NCBI RefSeq assembly: GCF_001598795.1
Contig: NZ_BCZP01000001.1
Location: 420,001-452,000 of the forward strand
Direction: 5' to 3'
Origin: Delftia acidovorans NBRC 14950
Lineage (GTDB): Bacteria; Pseudomonadota; Gammaproteobacteria; Burkholderiales; Burkholderiaceae_C
Length of the DNA: 32,000 bases
Part shown: one piece after another, positions 1 through 7,169 of the stretch
Layout: each line of letters begins with the position of its first letter
Numbering within the stretch: position 1 is the stretch's first letter
Made by a program: the position numbers and the translations under genes
Notes under the pieces: generated by a model
What the model was told of the DNA's origin: nothing
Seen by the model: only the letters and a program-made list of their open reading frames with translations
Database searches by the model: none

Positions 1-291
1 CAGCACGTAGATGGACATGCCCGCCAGCAGGATGGGCCGGCGCCCGAAGCGGTCGGACAGCGGCCCCCAGGCCAGCTGCGAGCAGCCGAAGGCCAGCAGG
101 AACGCCGTCAGCGTGAGCTGCACCTGGGACACCTGGGTGGAGAAGGCCGCCTGTATCGACGGCAGGGCCGGCAGGTACAGGTCGGTGGCCAGCGGCTGCA
201 GTCCCAGCAGCAGGCCGAGCAGGACGACGACCAGGACGGGGGACATGGCCGGCTGCGCTTGCGCGGCGGCGGGAGACAGGGGCGCTGACAT
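1..291 (-). CDS. MFS transporter, Bcr/CflA-like drug-resistance subfamily; N-terminal ~97 codons only, the gene runs off the left window edge
   Basis: Hand translation of the reverse strand from ATG (cat at 289-291; alternative in-frame ATG at 246): MSAPLSPAAAQAQPAMSPVLVVVLLGLLLGLQPLATDLYLPALPSIQAAFSTQVSQVQLTLTAFLLAFGCSQLAWGPLSDRFGRRPILLAGMSIYVL. Two TM helices are followed by the MFS signature loop GPLSDRFGRRP. It is not in the ORF track because no stop codon lies inside the window. Confidence 0.8.
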   Translation of the reverse strand, partial: MSAPLSPAAAQAQPAMSPVLVVVLLGLLLGLQPLATDLYLPALPSIQAAFSTQVSQVQLTLTAFLLAFGCSQLAWGPLSDRFGRRPILLAGMSIYVL

Positions 292-450
292 AGGCGACCG
301 AGGGTAGCAGAGAACAAGGGGGGCCGCTGTCCATGTTCCGGCGGTGCATATCCATCTGCGGATTGCGCAGTTGGGAACCGGCCGAGCCCTGCCTACATTG
401 CATTGCAGAGGAATCAACCCGATCAACGCAACTGTGAACAAAGGACCGCA

Positions 451-1416
451 ATGGCAACGCTGACCGCTTTCTCCTCCCTTCCCGCCGCGCTGCGCCAGGG
501 GGCGTGCACCCTGCTGTGGGGCGTGGCCCTGGTCGGTGGTGCGGCCCATGCCAATGCGCCTGTGCCCGAAGGCCCGCTGGTCAGCACCGAATGGTTGGCG
601 GCCAACCTCAACCGCGCCGATGTGCGCATCGTCGAGGTCAGCGTCAACCCCGGCCTGTACGAACGCTCCCATGTGCCGGGCGCCGTCAACTTTTCTTGGC
701 ACAACGACCTCAATGACAAGGTGCGCCGCGACATCGTGGGCAAGGAGCAGTTCGAGAAGCTGCTGTCGCAGGCCGGCGTGAAGGAAGGCAACACGGTCGT
801 TCTGTACGGCGATACCAACAACTGGTTCGCAGCCTGGGGCGCCTGGGTCTTCGACATCTATGGCGTGCAGAACGTCAAGCTGCTGGACGGTGGCCGCAAG
901 AAGTGGGAGGCCGAGAACCGCCCCCTCAACAACCGCGCCCCGGAATATGCGGCCACCACCTACCGCGTGGGCAAGGTCAACACCGCGCTGCGCGCGCGCC
1001 TGACCGATGCGCTGGCCTCGGCCGAAGGGCGCAGCGACGCCAAGCTCGTCGACATCCGCTCGGCCGACGAATACCAGGGCAAGGTCTTCGCCCCGGCCGG
1101 CGTGCCGGAGCTGGCCATCCGCGCCGGCCACATCCCCGGCGCCGTCAACGTGCCCTGGGGGCAGGCCGTGCGCGAGGACGGCAGCTTCAAGTCCGCCGAA
1201 GAACTCAAGAAGCTCTATGCGGGCGTGGGCATCGACGGCAGCAAGCCCGTCATCACCTACTGCCGCATCGGCGAGCGCTCCAGCCACACCTGGTTTGCGC
1301 TGTCCAAGATCCTGGGCTACCAGGTGCGCAACTACGACGGCTCGTGGACCGAGTACGGCAACTCCGTGGGTGTGCCCATCAACAACCCGGCCGGCACGGT
1401 CTGGGCCGCGAAATGA
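451..1416 (+). CDS. Thiosulfate sulfurtransferase (tandem rhodanese domains), probably exported
   Basis: ORF track 403..1416; 403 is a TTG and the first ATG is at 451. The N-terminus MATLTAFSSLPAALRQGACTLLWGVALVGGAAHA/NAP looks like a signal peptide. There are two rhodanese modules, and the C-terminal one carries the catalytic loop CRIGERSSH (Cys-Arg-x-Gly-x-Arg type, as in thiosulfate sulfurtransferases). Confidence 0.85.
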   Translation: MATLTAFSSLPAALRQGACTLLWGVALVGGAAHANAPVPEGPLVSTEWLAANLNRADVRIVEVSVNPGLYERSHVPGAVNFSWHNDLNDKVRRDIVGKEQFEKLLSQAGVKEGNTVVLYGDTNNWFAAWGAWVFDIYGVQNVKLLDGGRKKWEAENRPLNNRAPEYAATTYRVGKVNTALRARLTDALASAEGRSDAKLVDIRSADEYQGKVFAPAGVPELAIRAGHIPGAVNVPWGQAVREDGSFKSAEELKKLYAGVGIDGSKPVITYCRIGERSSHTWFALSKILGYQVRNYDGSWTEYGNSVGVPINNPAGTVWAAK

Positions 1417-1531
1417 TCCTGCAGTCGATCAACCTGTCTTGAAGGCGGGGGCCGGGCGAGGGGTGTCGGTGCTCTTGGTTCGACGGATCAGGGGTGGTGA
1501 CGAGTGGCTTTGGCAAAAGCTCGGCTCCTTT

Positions 1532-1562
1532 GGGGCCCGCAGACTGCGGGCCCCTTTTTTTT
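1532..1562 (+). terminator. Rho-independent terminator after the rhodanese gene
   Basis: GGGGCCCGCAG (1532-1542) / CTGCGGGCCCC (1544-1554) form a GC-rich hairpin, followed directly by 8 T (1555-1562). Confidence 0.7.
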
Positions 1563-1591
1563 ATGCGTGGATGGCAACAAAGGAGGCAGGA

Positions 1592-2884
1592 ATGACAAGC
1601 GTGACCGGTGAGCACACGCAGAACGTGAATGGCAGGCACAGGGCAAGGGACTGGACCAGATGGCTGCCCTTGGCCGCCGTGCTGGCCGCAGCCTGGCCTG
1701 TGGCGGCGCAGCTGCAGCTGCAAGGCGGCGGGCGCACCCTGGTCTTTGCGCTGGCGCTGGGCCTGCTGCTGGGGCTGGTGCTTCAGCGCTCGCGCTTTTG
1801 CTTTTACTGCCATGCGCGCGACTGGTTCGAGTTCGGCGACCCGCGCGGCGTGCTCTCCATCCTGCTGGCGCTGGCCGTGGGATCGGCGGGCATGACCGTG
1901 GTGCTGGGCAGCTGGGTGGCCGTGCCCCAGCCGGGCCAGTTGCCGCCCGACATGCACATAGGCCCCGTGAGCTGGGTGCTGGTCCTTGCGGGCCTGGCCT
2001 TTGGAGCGGGCATGTCCGTCTCGGGCTCGTGCATCAGCGCCCACTGGTACCGGCTGGGCGAGGGATCGCCCGTGGCGCCGTTTGCCCTGGTCGGCACGGG
2101 CCTGGGCTTCGTGCTGGGGTTTCGCAGCTGGAACCCGCTTTACAGCCTGGCCATTGCCGATGCGCCCGTCATCTGGCTGCCGGCCCATCTGGGCTATGGC
2201 GGCGCGCTGGCGCTGCAACTGGCCGTGCTGGGCCTGCTGGCGGCCTGGGTCTGGCGCATTCATGGGCGCTCGGGCCGCGCACAGCCACGGCCTGCGGCAG
2301 AACCGGCGCAGCCACCGGGCCTGCGCCAGCTGTGGCTGTCGCTGTGGCAAGGCCGCTGGAACGCCGCGCTGGGCGGCCTGGCCGTGGGCCTGATCGCGGC
2401 CGCCGCCATCGTGCGCATGCGGCCGCTGGGCGTGACCACCACGCTGGGCAGCACCGTGCGCGGCTGGGCCCAGGCGGGCGGCTGGGTGCCCGAGCGCCTG
2501 CATGGCCTCGACACCCTGAGCGGATGCGCCACGGCCGTACTCAACAGCCTGCTCACGCCCCATGCCGTGCTGCTGCTGGGCCTGGTGGCCGGCGCCTGGG
2601 GCGCTGCCGTGGCCAGCCGCCAGTGGACGCCGCGCCGCCCCACCTGGCGCGATGCGGCACGCGGCCTGGCCGGTGGCGCCTTGCTTGGCTGGGGCGCCAT
2701 GACGGGGCTGGGCTGCACCATTGGCACGCTGCTGTCGGGCAGCATGGCGGGTGCGCTGTCGGGCTGGGTCTTTGGCGCGGCTGTTTTCACGGCGCTGTGG
2801 TTGGGGTTTGTGTTGCGGCGTTGGCTGCACGAGCGTGCGGGAGTGCGGGGCTTTGACCTGCAGGAGGAGATGATGGCCGAGTGA
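1592..2884 (+). CDS. YeeE/YedE family sulfur-compound (thiosulfate-type) transporter, inner membrane
   Basis: ATG at 1592 is preceded by AGGAGG (1581-1586). The ORF-track entry 1007..2884 is the same frame read through from inside the rhodanese gene. The protein is polytopic and hydrophobic, with three Cys motifs typical of the family: QRSRFCFY, SGSCISAHWY, GLGCTIGTLLSG. Confidence 0.85.
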   Translation: MTSVTGEHTQNVNGRHRARDWTRWLPLAAVLAAAWPVAAQLQLQGGGRTLVFALALGLLLGLVLQRSRFCFYCHARDWFEFGDPRGVLSILLALAVGSAGMTVVLGSWVAVPQPGQLPPDMHIGPVSWVLVLAGLAFGAGMSVSGSCISAHWYRLGEGSPVAPFALVGTGLGFVLGFRSWNPLYSLAIADAPVIWLPAHLGYGGALALQLAVLGLLAAWVWRIHGRSGRAQPRPAAEPAQPPGLRQLWLSLWQGRWNAALGGLAVGLIAAAAIVRMRPLGVTTTLGSTVRGWAQAGGWVPERLHGLDTLSGCATAVLNSLLTPHAVLLLGLVAGAWGAAVASRQWTPRRPTWRDAARGLAGGALLGWGAMTGLGCTIGTLLSGSMAGALSGWVFGAAVFTALWLGFVLRRWLHERAGVRGFDLQEEMMAE

Positions 2885-3189
2885 CAGGCGAGAGCGGCGC
2901 CTGAAACAGGCTTTCTGGCCATTGTCTGTCCTAGGATTTTTTCTGCCAGTTTTCAGAGGAGACCGCTGGCAATTGCGGGCAGGTCATTCCTGGAAATGTC
3001 TGGAAAATAGGATTTACCTGCCCAATTCATTGCTCCTATTATTTTTCCTTCAGAAAGAAGGGAGCGCCTTTCAAAGGCGAAGGAGCCAATGACATTCAGG
3101 ATCGACATCCATGCGCCATTGGGCCGCGCAGGGCGTTTCCAGGAGTTGAATGGGGCAGTGGAGCGGCCACCGGCCATCCGCTCGGATAC

Positions 3190-3945
3190 ATGAGCTGCGG
3201 GCAACTGGTCCCCGCCTTCATTGCCCTCAATCGCCTGAAGCGGTCCAGGGACCTGTGCAAGGCTGTCGTGCTTGTGGGCTTCAACAAGGTATGCGGTACC
3301 CGGGACTTCGACAATGAACTGGACCGCAGGGCGCTGTGCGAGCTGTTTTGCTGCTGCATGACCGGCGGCCTGGGCCAGCGCTGCGTGGCCGGCGTGGTCA
3401 TGCAGGCCGATGGGTTTGAAGGCTACCGGGGCTACTACAAGCAGGAAGTGCCGTACCTGAACAGAGCACCTGTCATGTCGCGCAACGAGCCCGTGCGCCG
3501 CACGCGCAGCCGGCCTGCGGGCTCGCGCATTCCCGATGTGGTCGTGGTGAAGAACCCGCGCCTGCCGCCTGTGCTGGACAACGTGCAGCGGGTCTATGAG
3601 ATGAAGTTTCCGGGGGATGGCTTTTCCAATGCTGAAGGGCCAGACGGCAAGACACAGCTTCAGGCCTATACGCACCTTTTTGGAGACAAGTTTCTCAAGA
3701 AAGCCTTGGATGCAAGAAGTTGTGCGTGCGACGGCGATGGAGAAAAGTCGAACCAAGGTGTGTTGAACCAGGCAGCGCGATGGCAGGCCAACAGGGAAAA
3801 GGCCATCTCTTTGGCAGAGCGGGTGAACAAGGATACGGCGGCGGCGGTCGGGGCTGCGGCCGGTGCATCCGCACTGGGGAGGGCACTGCGAGGTGTTGGT
3901 GCGGTAGGGACCGCACTGGCAAGAGTCCTCGGGTTGTCCTTTTGA
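3190..3945 (+). CDS. Candidate nuclease toxin with PD-(D/E)xK restriction-endonuclease fold, VRR-Nuc-like (TseV-like), with a C-terminal Gly/Ala-rich hydrophobic tail
   Basis: ORF track 3190..3945 (251 aa). Motif block GSRIPDVVVVKNP-x13-VYEMKFPGDGFS-x9-QLQAY: PD at nt 3532-3537, E-M-K at nt 3598-3606. This matches the PD...E-x-K...D..(L/F)S...Q layout of VRR-Nuc nucleases. The tail is AAAVGAAAGASALGRALRGVGAVGTALARVLGLSF (nt ~3835-3942). The region has low G+C. The start is uncertain: no Shine-Dalgarno precedes 3190, and internal ATGs lie at 3400 and 3475. Confidence 0.55.
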   Translation: MSCGQLVPAFIALNRLKRSRDLCKAVVLVGFNKVCGTRDFDNELDRRALCELFCCCMTGGLGQRCVAGVVMQADGFEGYRGYYKQEVPYLNRAPVMSRNEPVRRTRSRPAGSRIPDVVVVKNPRLPPVLDNVQRVYEMKFPGDGFSNAEGPDGKTQLQAYTHLFGDKFLKKALDARSCACDGDGEKSNQGVLNQAARWQANREKAISLAERVNKDTAAAVGAAAGASALGRALRGVGAVGTALARVLGLSF

Positions 3946-3983
3946 GGCGATGGCTTCGGTATAGCGAAATATGGAGGGTTGAT

Positions 3984-5072
3984 ATGGCAAAAGATTTCAA
4001 AAAACCTTTGAGCACCAGAGAGCTGCAAAAAGCCACCGTGGCGACGATGGATATTCTCAAGGCGCTGGTGCTGTGCAATCAGTTCGGTGATGTCTGTGCA
4101 AGAGCCGGCTGGACCATTGAAATGGTGTTCCATGAGGGGGATTCCATGGCTGTGCGTGAGCGTGCATGGAAAGTGGTTGATCTTTTTTGTGAGGCCGTAG
4201 GGAAGGAGCGGCTGGTTTATTGGTATGACGGAATGCCAGCCATGCTGACTAGTGCGATGGCACAAAAGAAGCTGACTGCAAAGCAGCAAAAAAGCCTGGA
4301 CAATCCTAAAGGTTATGCACTGATATTTCATATGGCTTCGGGTAAGCCAAATCCCCCTGAGGTGTGGGAGAATAATGCGCAAGACTTTCGCCTTTACTGT
4401 CGCATTGAGAATGACGAAGGTATTTGGGGGCATGACAGATATACGACGCCTGGCATAGGCCCTGCCATGTCTTTCATTCGCATGGCATTTCCTGCATGGT
4501 GGGTCCTGGATCAGCTGCCCGAAAACAATGTGGGCCGCATTACCACCCAGGTGGTGGAGTTTATGCAGCCTTTCTGGGCCATTGCCGGATGGGGTGTCAT
4601 GCCTGCAGTGGAGGAGCGCAATATCGATCCCGATGGCAAGGGCCAGCAGATGCTGTACCCCTATCTGCAGCGTTTTCCAGGCTTGAATGCCCTGGGCAGT
4701 CTTGCGTTGATGAGCCATGACTTCAACAACGCCATGTACAGCATCAACTGGCTCAGTTTTGTCAGTGATGCATTGCTGGAAAAGCTCGGCGGGAGGGAGG
4801 CCGTACGAAAGCAGGTGGAGGCTAGCCAGTATCTTTCGGCCGGGGATGTAGGCAACTGCCTGGGAATCCGTGCGGGAGACTTTCCTGGTCTGGGGGATAT
4901 GGATCAAGGACTGACGCTGCCCGCCTTTGGCGAGGCGGCGCGCCTGCTCAAACCTTTGCGCGCCAGATCCCGGCTCAACAACTTCATCGGCCCGCCGCCT
5001 TCGGGGTCCAATGATGAACATGCGTGGCTGCTGGCATGCGATGCCTACATGAGCCGGTTTGATCTGTTCTGA
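3984..5072 (+). CDS. Candidate cognate immunity protein, DUF3396/TsiV-like (type VI immunity family), 362 aa
   Basis: In-frame ATG at 3984 is preceded by GGAGGG (3973-3978); the ORF-track entry 3720..5072 is an upstream extension. It begins 38 nt after the nuclease stop on the same strand. The sequence is protein-like and Trp/aromatic-rich (MAKDFKKPLSTRELQK...WGHDRY...FPAWWVLDQLP...AIAGWGVMPAVEE...). Size and position match DUF3396 proteins, which pair with VRR-Nuc T6SS effectors. The family call is from memory of the family, not a search. Confidence 0.55.
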   Translation: MAKDFKKPLSTRELQKATVATMDILKALVLCNQFGDVCARAGWTIEMVFHEGDSMAVRERAWKVVDLFCEAVGKERLVYWYDGMPAMLTSAMAQKKLTAKQQKSLDNPKGYALIFHMASGKPNPPEVWENNAQDFRLYCRIENDEGIWGHDRYTTPGIGPAMSFIRMAFPAWWVLDQLPENNVGRITTQVVEFMQPFWAIAGWGVMPAVEERNIDPDGKGQQMLYPYLQRFPGLNALGSLALMSHDFNNAMYSINWLSFVSDALLEKLGGREAVRKQVEASQYLSAGDVGNCLGIRAGDFPGLGDMDQGLTLPAFGEAARLLKPLRARSRLNNFIGPPPSGSNDEHAWLLACDAYMSRFDLF

Positions 5073-5095
5073 CCCATGCAGGCCCTGCAGCTGAA

Positions 5096-5126
5096 TCCTG
5101 CCGGGCCAGCCGGCAGGACGGGTTTT
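5096..5126 (+). terminator. Possible terminator in the convergent gap between the immunity and ankyrin genes
   Basis: TCCTGCCGG (5096-5104) / CCGGCAGGA (5110-5118) give a 9-bp stem with a 5-nt loop, then CGGG and TTTT (5123-5126). The U-tract is short, so this is weak. Confidence 0.4.
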
Positions 5127-5140
5127 CGGGTCGGGCGGAC

Positions 5141-6811
5141 CTAGTCCGCGTCAACCCCCAGCAGCAGATCCGCGATCTCCTCCGGATACCGCTGCCGACT
5201 TCCGTCAATGAGCACGCAGCCGGGTACTTCGGGGTCGGGCCTGGCCAGGGGCATGCCGTGGTCGATGAGGGCCTGGGCGCAGCCCAGCCAGTCGCCGCCG
5301 CTGGGTTCCGTGGATTCGGGCCGGTTCAGCGATGCCCAGCACAGGGTGCCTGCGCAGTTGTCGCCATAGGCGTGGCGTTCGGTCCACTGTGCGCCGTGCT
5401 CCAGCAGGAAGCGCGCCAAGGCGGCATCGCCACGGAACACGGCCTGGTTCAGTGCGGATGCATCCCAGTCGCCGCCGCGCGCGGCGATGGGCCAGCCCAG
5501 TTCCACCATGCAGCGCACGGCGTCCATGCAGCCCAGGGCCGCCAGTTCGGGCAGCATGCGCAGTTGTTCGGGCGCCAGGCCCTTGAGCAGCCCGGGGTGG
5601 GCTGCGGCAAGACGGCGGGCCTGTGCTGCGTCGCCCACGGCGCAGGCGGCCAGGAGTTGCTCCTGCGGCGTAGTGGGCTCGCTGCCCGCCGCCTGTTCCA
5701 GCAGGGCGGCCACGTCGGCCAGGCCAAAGCGCCGCGCCAGTGCAGCGGCACTCAGGCCCTGCGGCGTGCGGACCGACGGATCGGCGCCGGCATCCAGCAG
5801 CGCCTGCACATGGGCGGGCGAGCGGCGCCGGCGGATGGCCCACAGCAGCGGGCGGCCCCATTCGCCCTGGCCGTTGTCCTCGTTCGGATCGGCGCCGTGG
5901 TCCAGCAGCAGGCGCAGGGCCTGCACATCGTCCAGGTCCAGCACGCGGAACAGGGCATTGCTGCCGTCCACGCGTGCGCCGGCTTGCAGCAGCAGCCGCG
6001 TGCATTCGCGGCTGGCGGGCGTGCCTTCCAGCGAGTGGTAGAGCGATTCGCCATCGTTGGGGTCGGCGCCGGCCTGTAGCAGCATCTGCGTCAGTTGCGC
6101 ATCATGGTTCTGGCCTGCTGCGCCATAGAGGGCCGACAGCCGCTCGGTATCGGAGGGGGCCTGCAGCGAGGCGGGTGGCCAGCGGTTGCCTATGGTCTGC
6201 AGCGGGTCTGCGCCCGCGTCCAGCAGCCAGCGCGCGCATGCGTGCAGGTGCTCGGTGAATTCGGGCAGGCGCAGCAGGCAGGAATGGGTGACGGCCATCA
6301 GCGGCGGCAGCGCCAACGGCCCGCCTGCACGGCGCAGCCAGTCGGGGTCGTTGCGCCCGGCCTCGCGCAGCACGGCCAGATTGCCGGTGGCGCAGGCCAC
6401 CCAGGGATCACTGCCATCACTGCCCGCCAATTCCGGCCGCTCGTCCAGCAGGCGCCGGGCCAGCGCGGGCTGTGCGCGGTGCGTGCCGCCCGCCACATCG
6501 CCGGCATAGACCAGGGCCAGCCAGTGCAGCCGGGATTTCTCGGGGTCCGCCGCCAGGCGCTGGCATGCCTCGACGTAGCCTGACAGCTCGCTCCATGAAG
6601 CGAAACCGTGCTCGCGCGCCACGCAGGACTGGGCGTCGTGCAGCAGCAGGTCCTTGGCGGCGAGCGCCTCATCGGCAAGGCCTTTGGCCGCTGGCAGGTG
6701 GGAGCGCAGGGACTCCATGGCCTGGGCCGAGCCTGCGCGATAGGCGGCCAGCAGTTGCTTGGCCTGTTTCTTGAGGTGGCCCATGTCGGGCCGGGCGGGA
6801 ATGCGTTTCAC
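5141..6811 (-). CDS. Ankyrin-repeat protein (about 556 aa), cytoplasmic, with an N-terminal helical HLKKQAK-type domain
   Basis: ORF track 5141..6829, where 6829 is a TTG. An in-frame GTG at 6811 has GGAGG (6823-6819) 7 nt upstream. An ATG at 6784 (MGHLKKQAKQLL) is an alternative start. There are multiple ANK-like repeats ending in LLDAGADP, LLQAGADPND, LLQAGARVDG, LLLDHGADPNE, LLDAGADPSVRT and FLLEHGAQW. Confidence 0.85.
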   Translation of the reverse strand: MKRIPARPDMGHLKKQAKQLLAAYRAGSAQAMESLRSHLPAAKGLADEALAAKDLLLHDAQSCVAREHGFASWSELSGYVEACQRLAADPEKSRLHWLALVYAGDVAGGTHRAQPALARRLLDERPELAGSDGSDPWVACATGNLAVLREAGRNDPDWLRRAGGPLALPPLMAVTHSCLLRLPEFTEHLHACARWLLDAGADPLQTIGNRWPPASLQAPSDTERLSALYGAAGQNHDAQLTQMLLQAGADPNDGESLYHSLEGTPASRECTRLLLQAGARVDGSNALFRVLDLDDVQALRLLLDHGADPNEDNGQGEWGRPLLWAIRRRRSPAHVQALLDAGADPSVRTPQGLSAAALARRFGLADVAALLEQAAGSEPTTPQEQLLAACAVGDAAQARRLAAAHPGLLKGLAPEQLRMLPELAALGCMDAVRCMVELGWPIAARGGDWDASALNQAVFRGDAALARFLLEHGAQWTERHAYGDNCAGTLCWASLNRPESTEPSGGDWLGCAQALIDHGMPLARPDPEVPGCVLIDGSRQRYPEEIADLLLGVDAD

Positions 6812-6829
6812 AGGAGTACCTCCATGCAA

Positions 6830-6873
6830 GGGGCCTGTTCACACGGATCCCTGGATCCGTGTGAGCAGGCCCC
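6830..6873. repeat. 44-nt near-perfect palindrome (21-nt arms, 2-nt spacer) just upstream of the ankyrin gene start
   Basis: GGGGCCTGTTCACACGGATCC (6830-6850) CT GGATCCGTGTGAGCAGGCCCC (6853-6873). There is one mismatch (T6838 opposite G6865, a G-U pair in RNA). No T-tract follows on either strand. Confidence 0.85.
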
Positions 6874-7169
6874 TGAGGCCAACGACCCGCAATCTGGCAG
6901 CACAAAGGCATGTGGCAAGAAAGAACGCGCCGCAGGGGCGCATACAGGTGGGTTCAACCCTTCCCGCGGGTCCGGGTGCGGCCTGCACCGCAGGCGCGGA
7001 TGTTAGCGCAAGGCAGGAGTCATGTGGGTGACAGCCCGGGGGCCGTGCTTGCGGGTTCCTACCGGCATGCCCGCCCTGCCGTCTGGCATAGGCTGCGTCG
7101 GCAATCCCGCTTGAACCTGATTTTTTGCGCGCGTTTCCCTCAACACCTTCATCCCAAGGAGACAGTCTT

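Noticed and set aside
1007-2884. A 625-aa ORF that appears to fuse the 3' half of the rhodanese gene with the YeeE gene.
   Set aside because: The upstream 195 codons are an out-of-frame overlap of the rhodanese gene and run across a hairpin+T8 terminator. AGGAGG-N5-ATG at 1592 marks the real start. This is a typical high-GC open-frame artefact.
2953-5021. Two very long reverse-strand ORFs (2953..3990, 345 aa; 3666..5021, 451 aa) lie opposite the toxin and immunity genes. Their length is striking in mid/low-G+C DNA.
   Set aside because: Both are in the exact mirror frame of the plus-strand genes: 3988 is in phase with 3190, and 5019 is in phase with 3984. They therefore stay open simply because the sense genes lack TTA/CTA/TCA codons. 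Their translations are His/Arg/Gln/Cys-rich and unlike real proteins, whereas the plus-strand products carry recognisable motifs and a strong SD.
2885-5140. A search for att-like direct repeats, tRNA, integrase or IS remnants at the borders of the low-G+C insert.
   Set aside because: I found only trivial similarities (for example CCTAGG at ~2930 and CCTAGT at ~5140). Nothing is long enough to call, so the insertion mechanism stays unknown.
5205-6829. Numerous nested ORFs on both strands within the ankyrin gene (for example 5205..6005, 5258..6079, 5740..6258).
   Set aside because: All are Arg/Ala/Pro-rich shadow frames. Only the 5141..6811 frame shows periodic ANK repeats.
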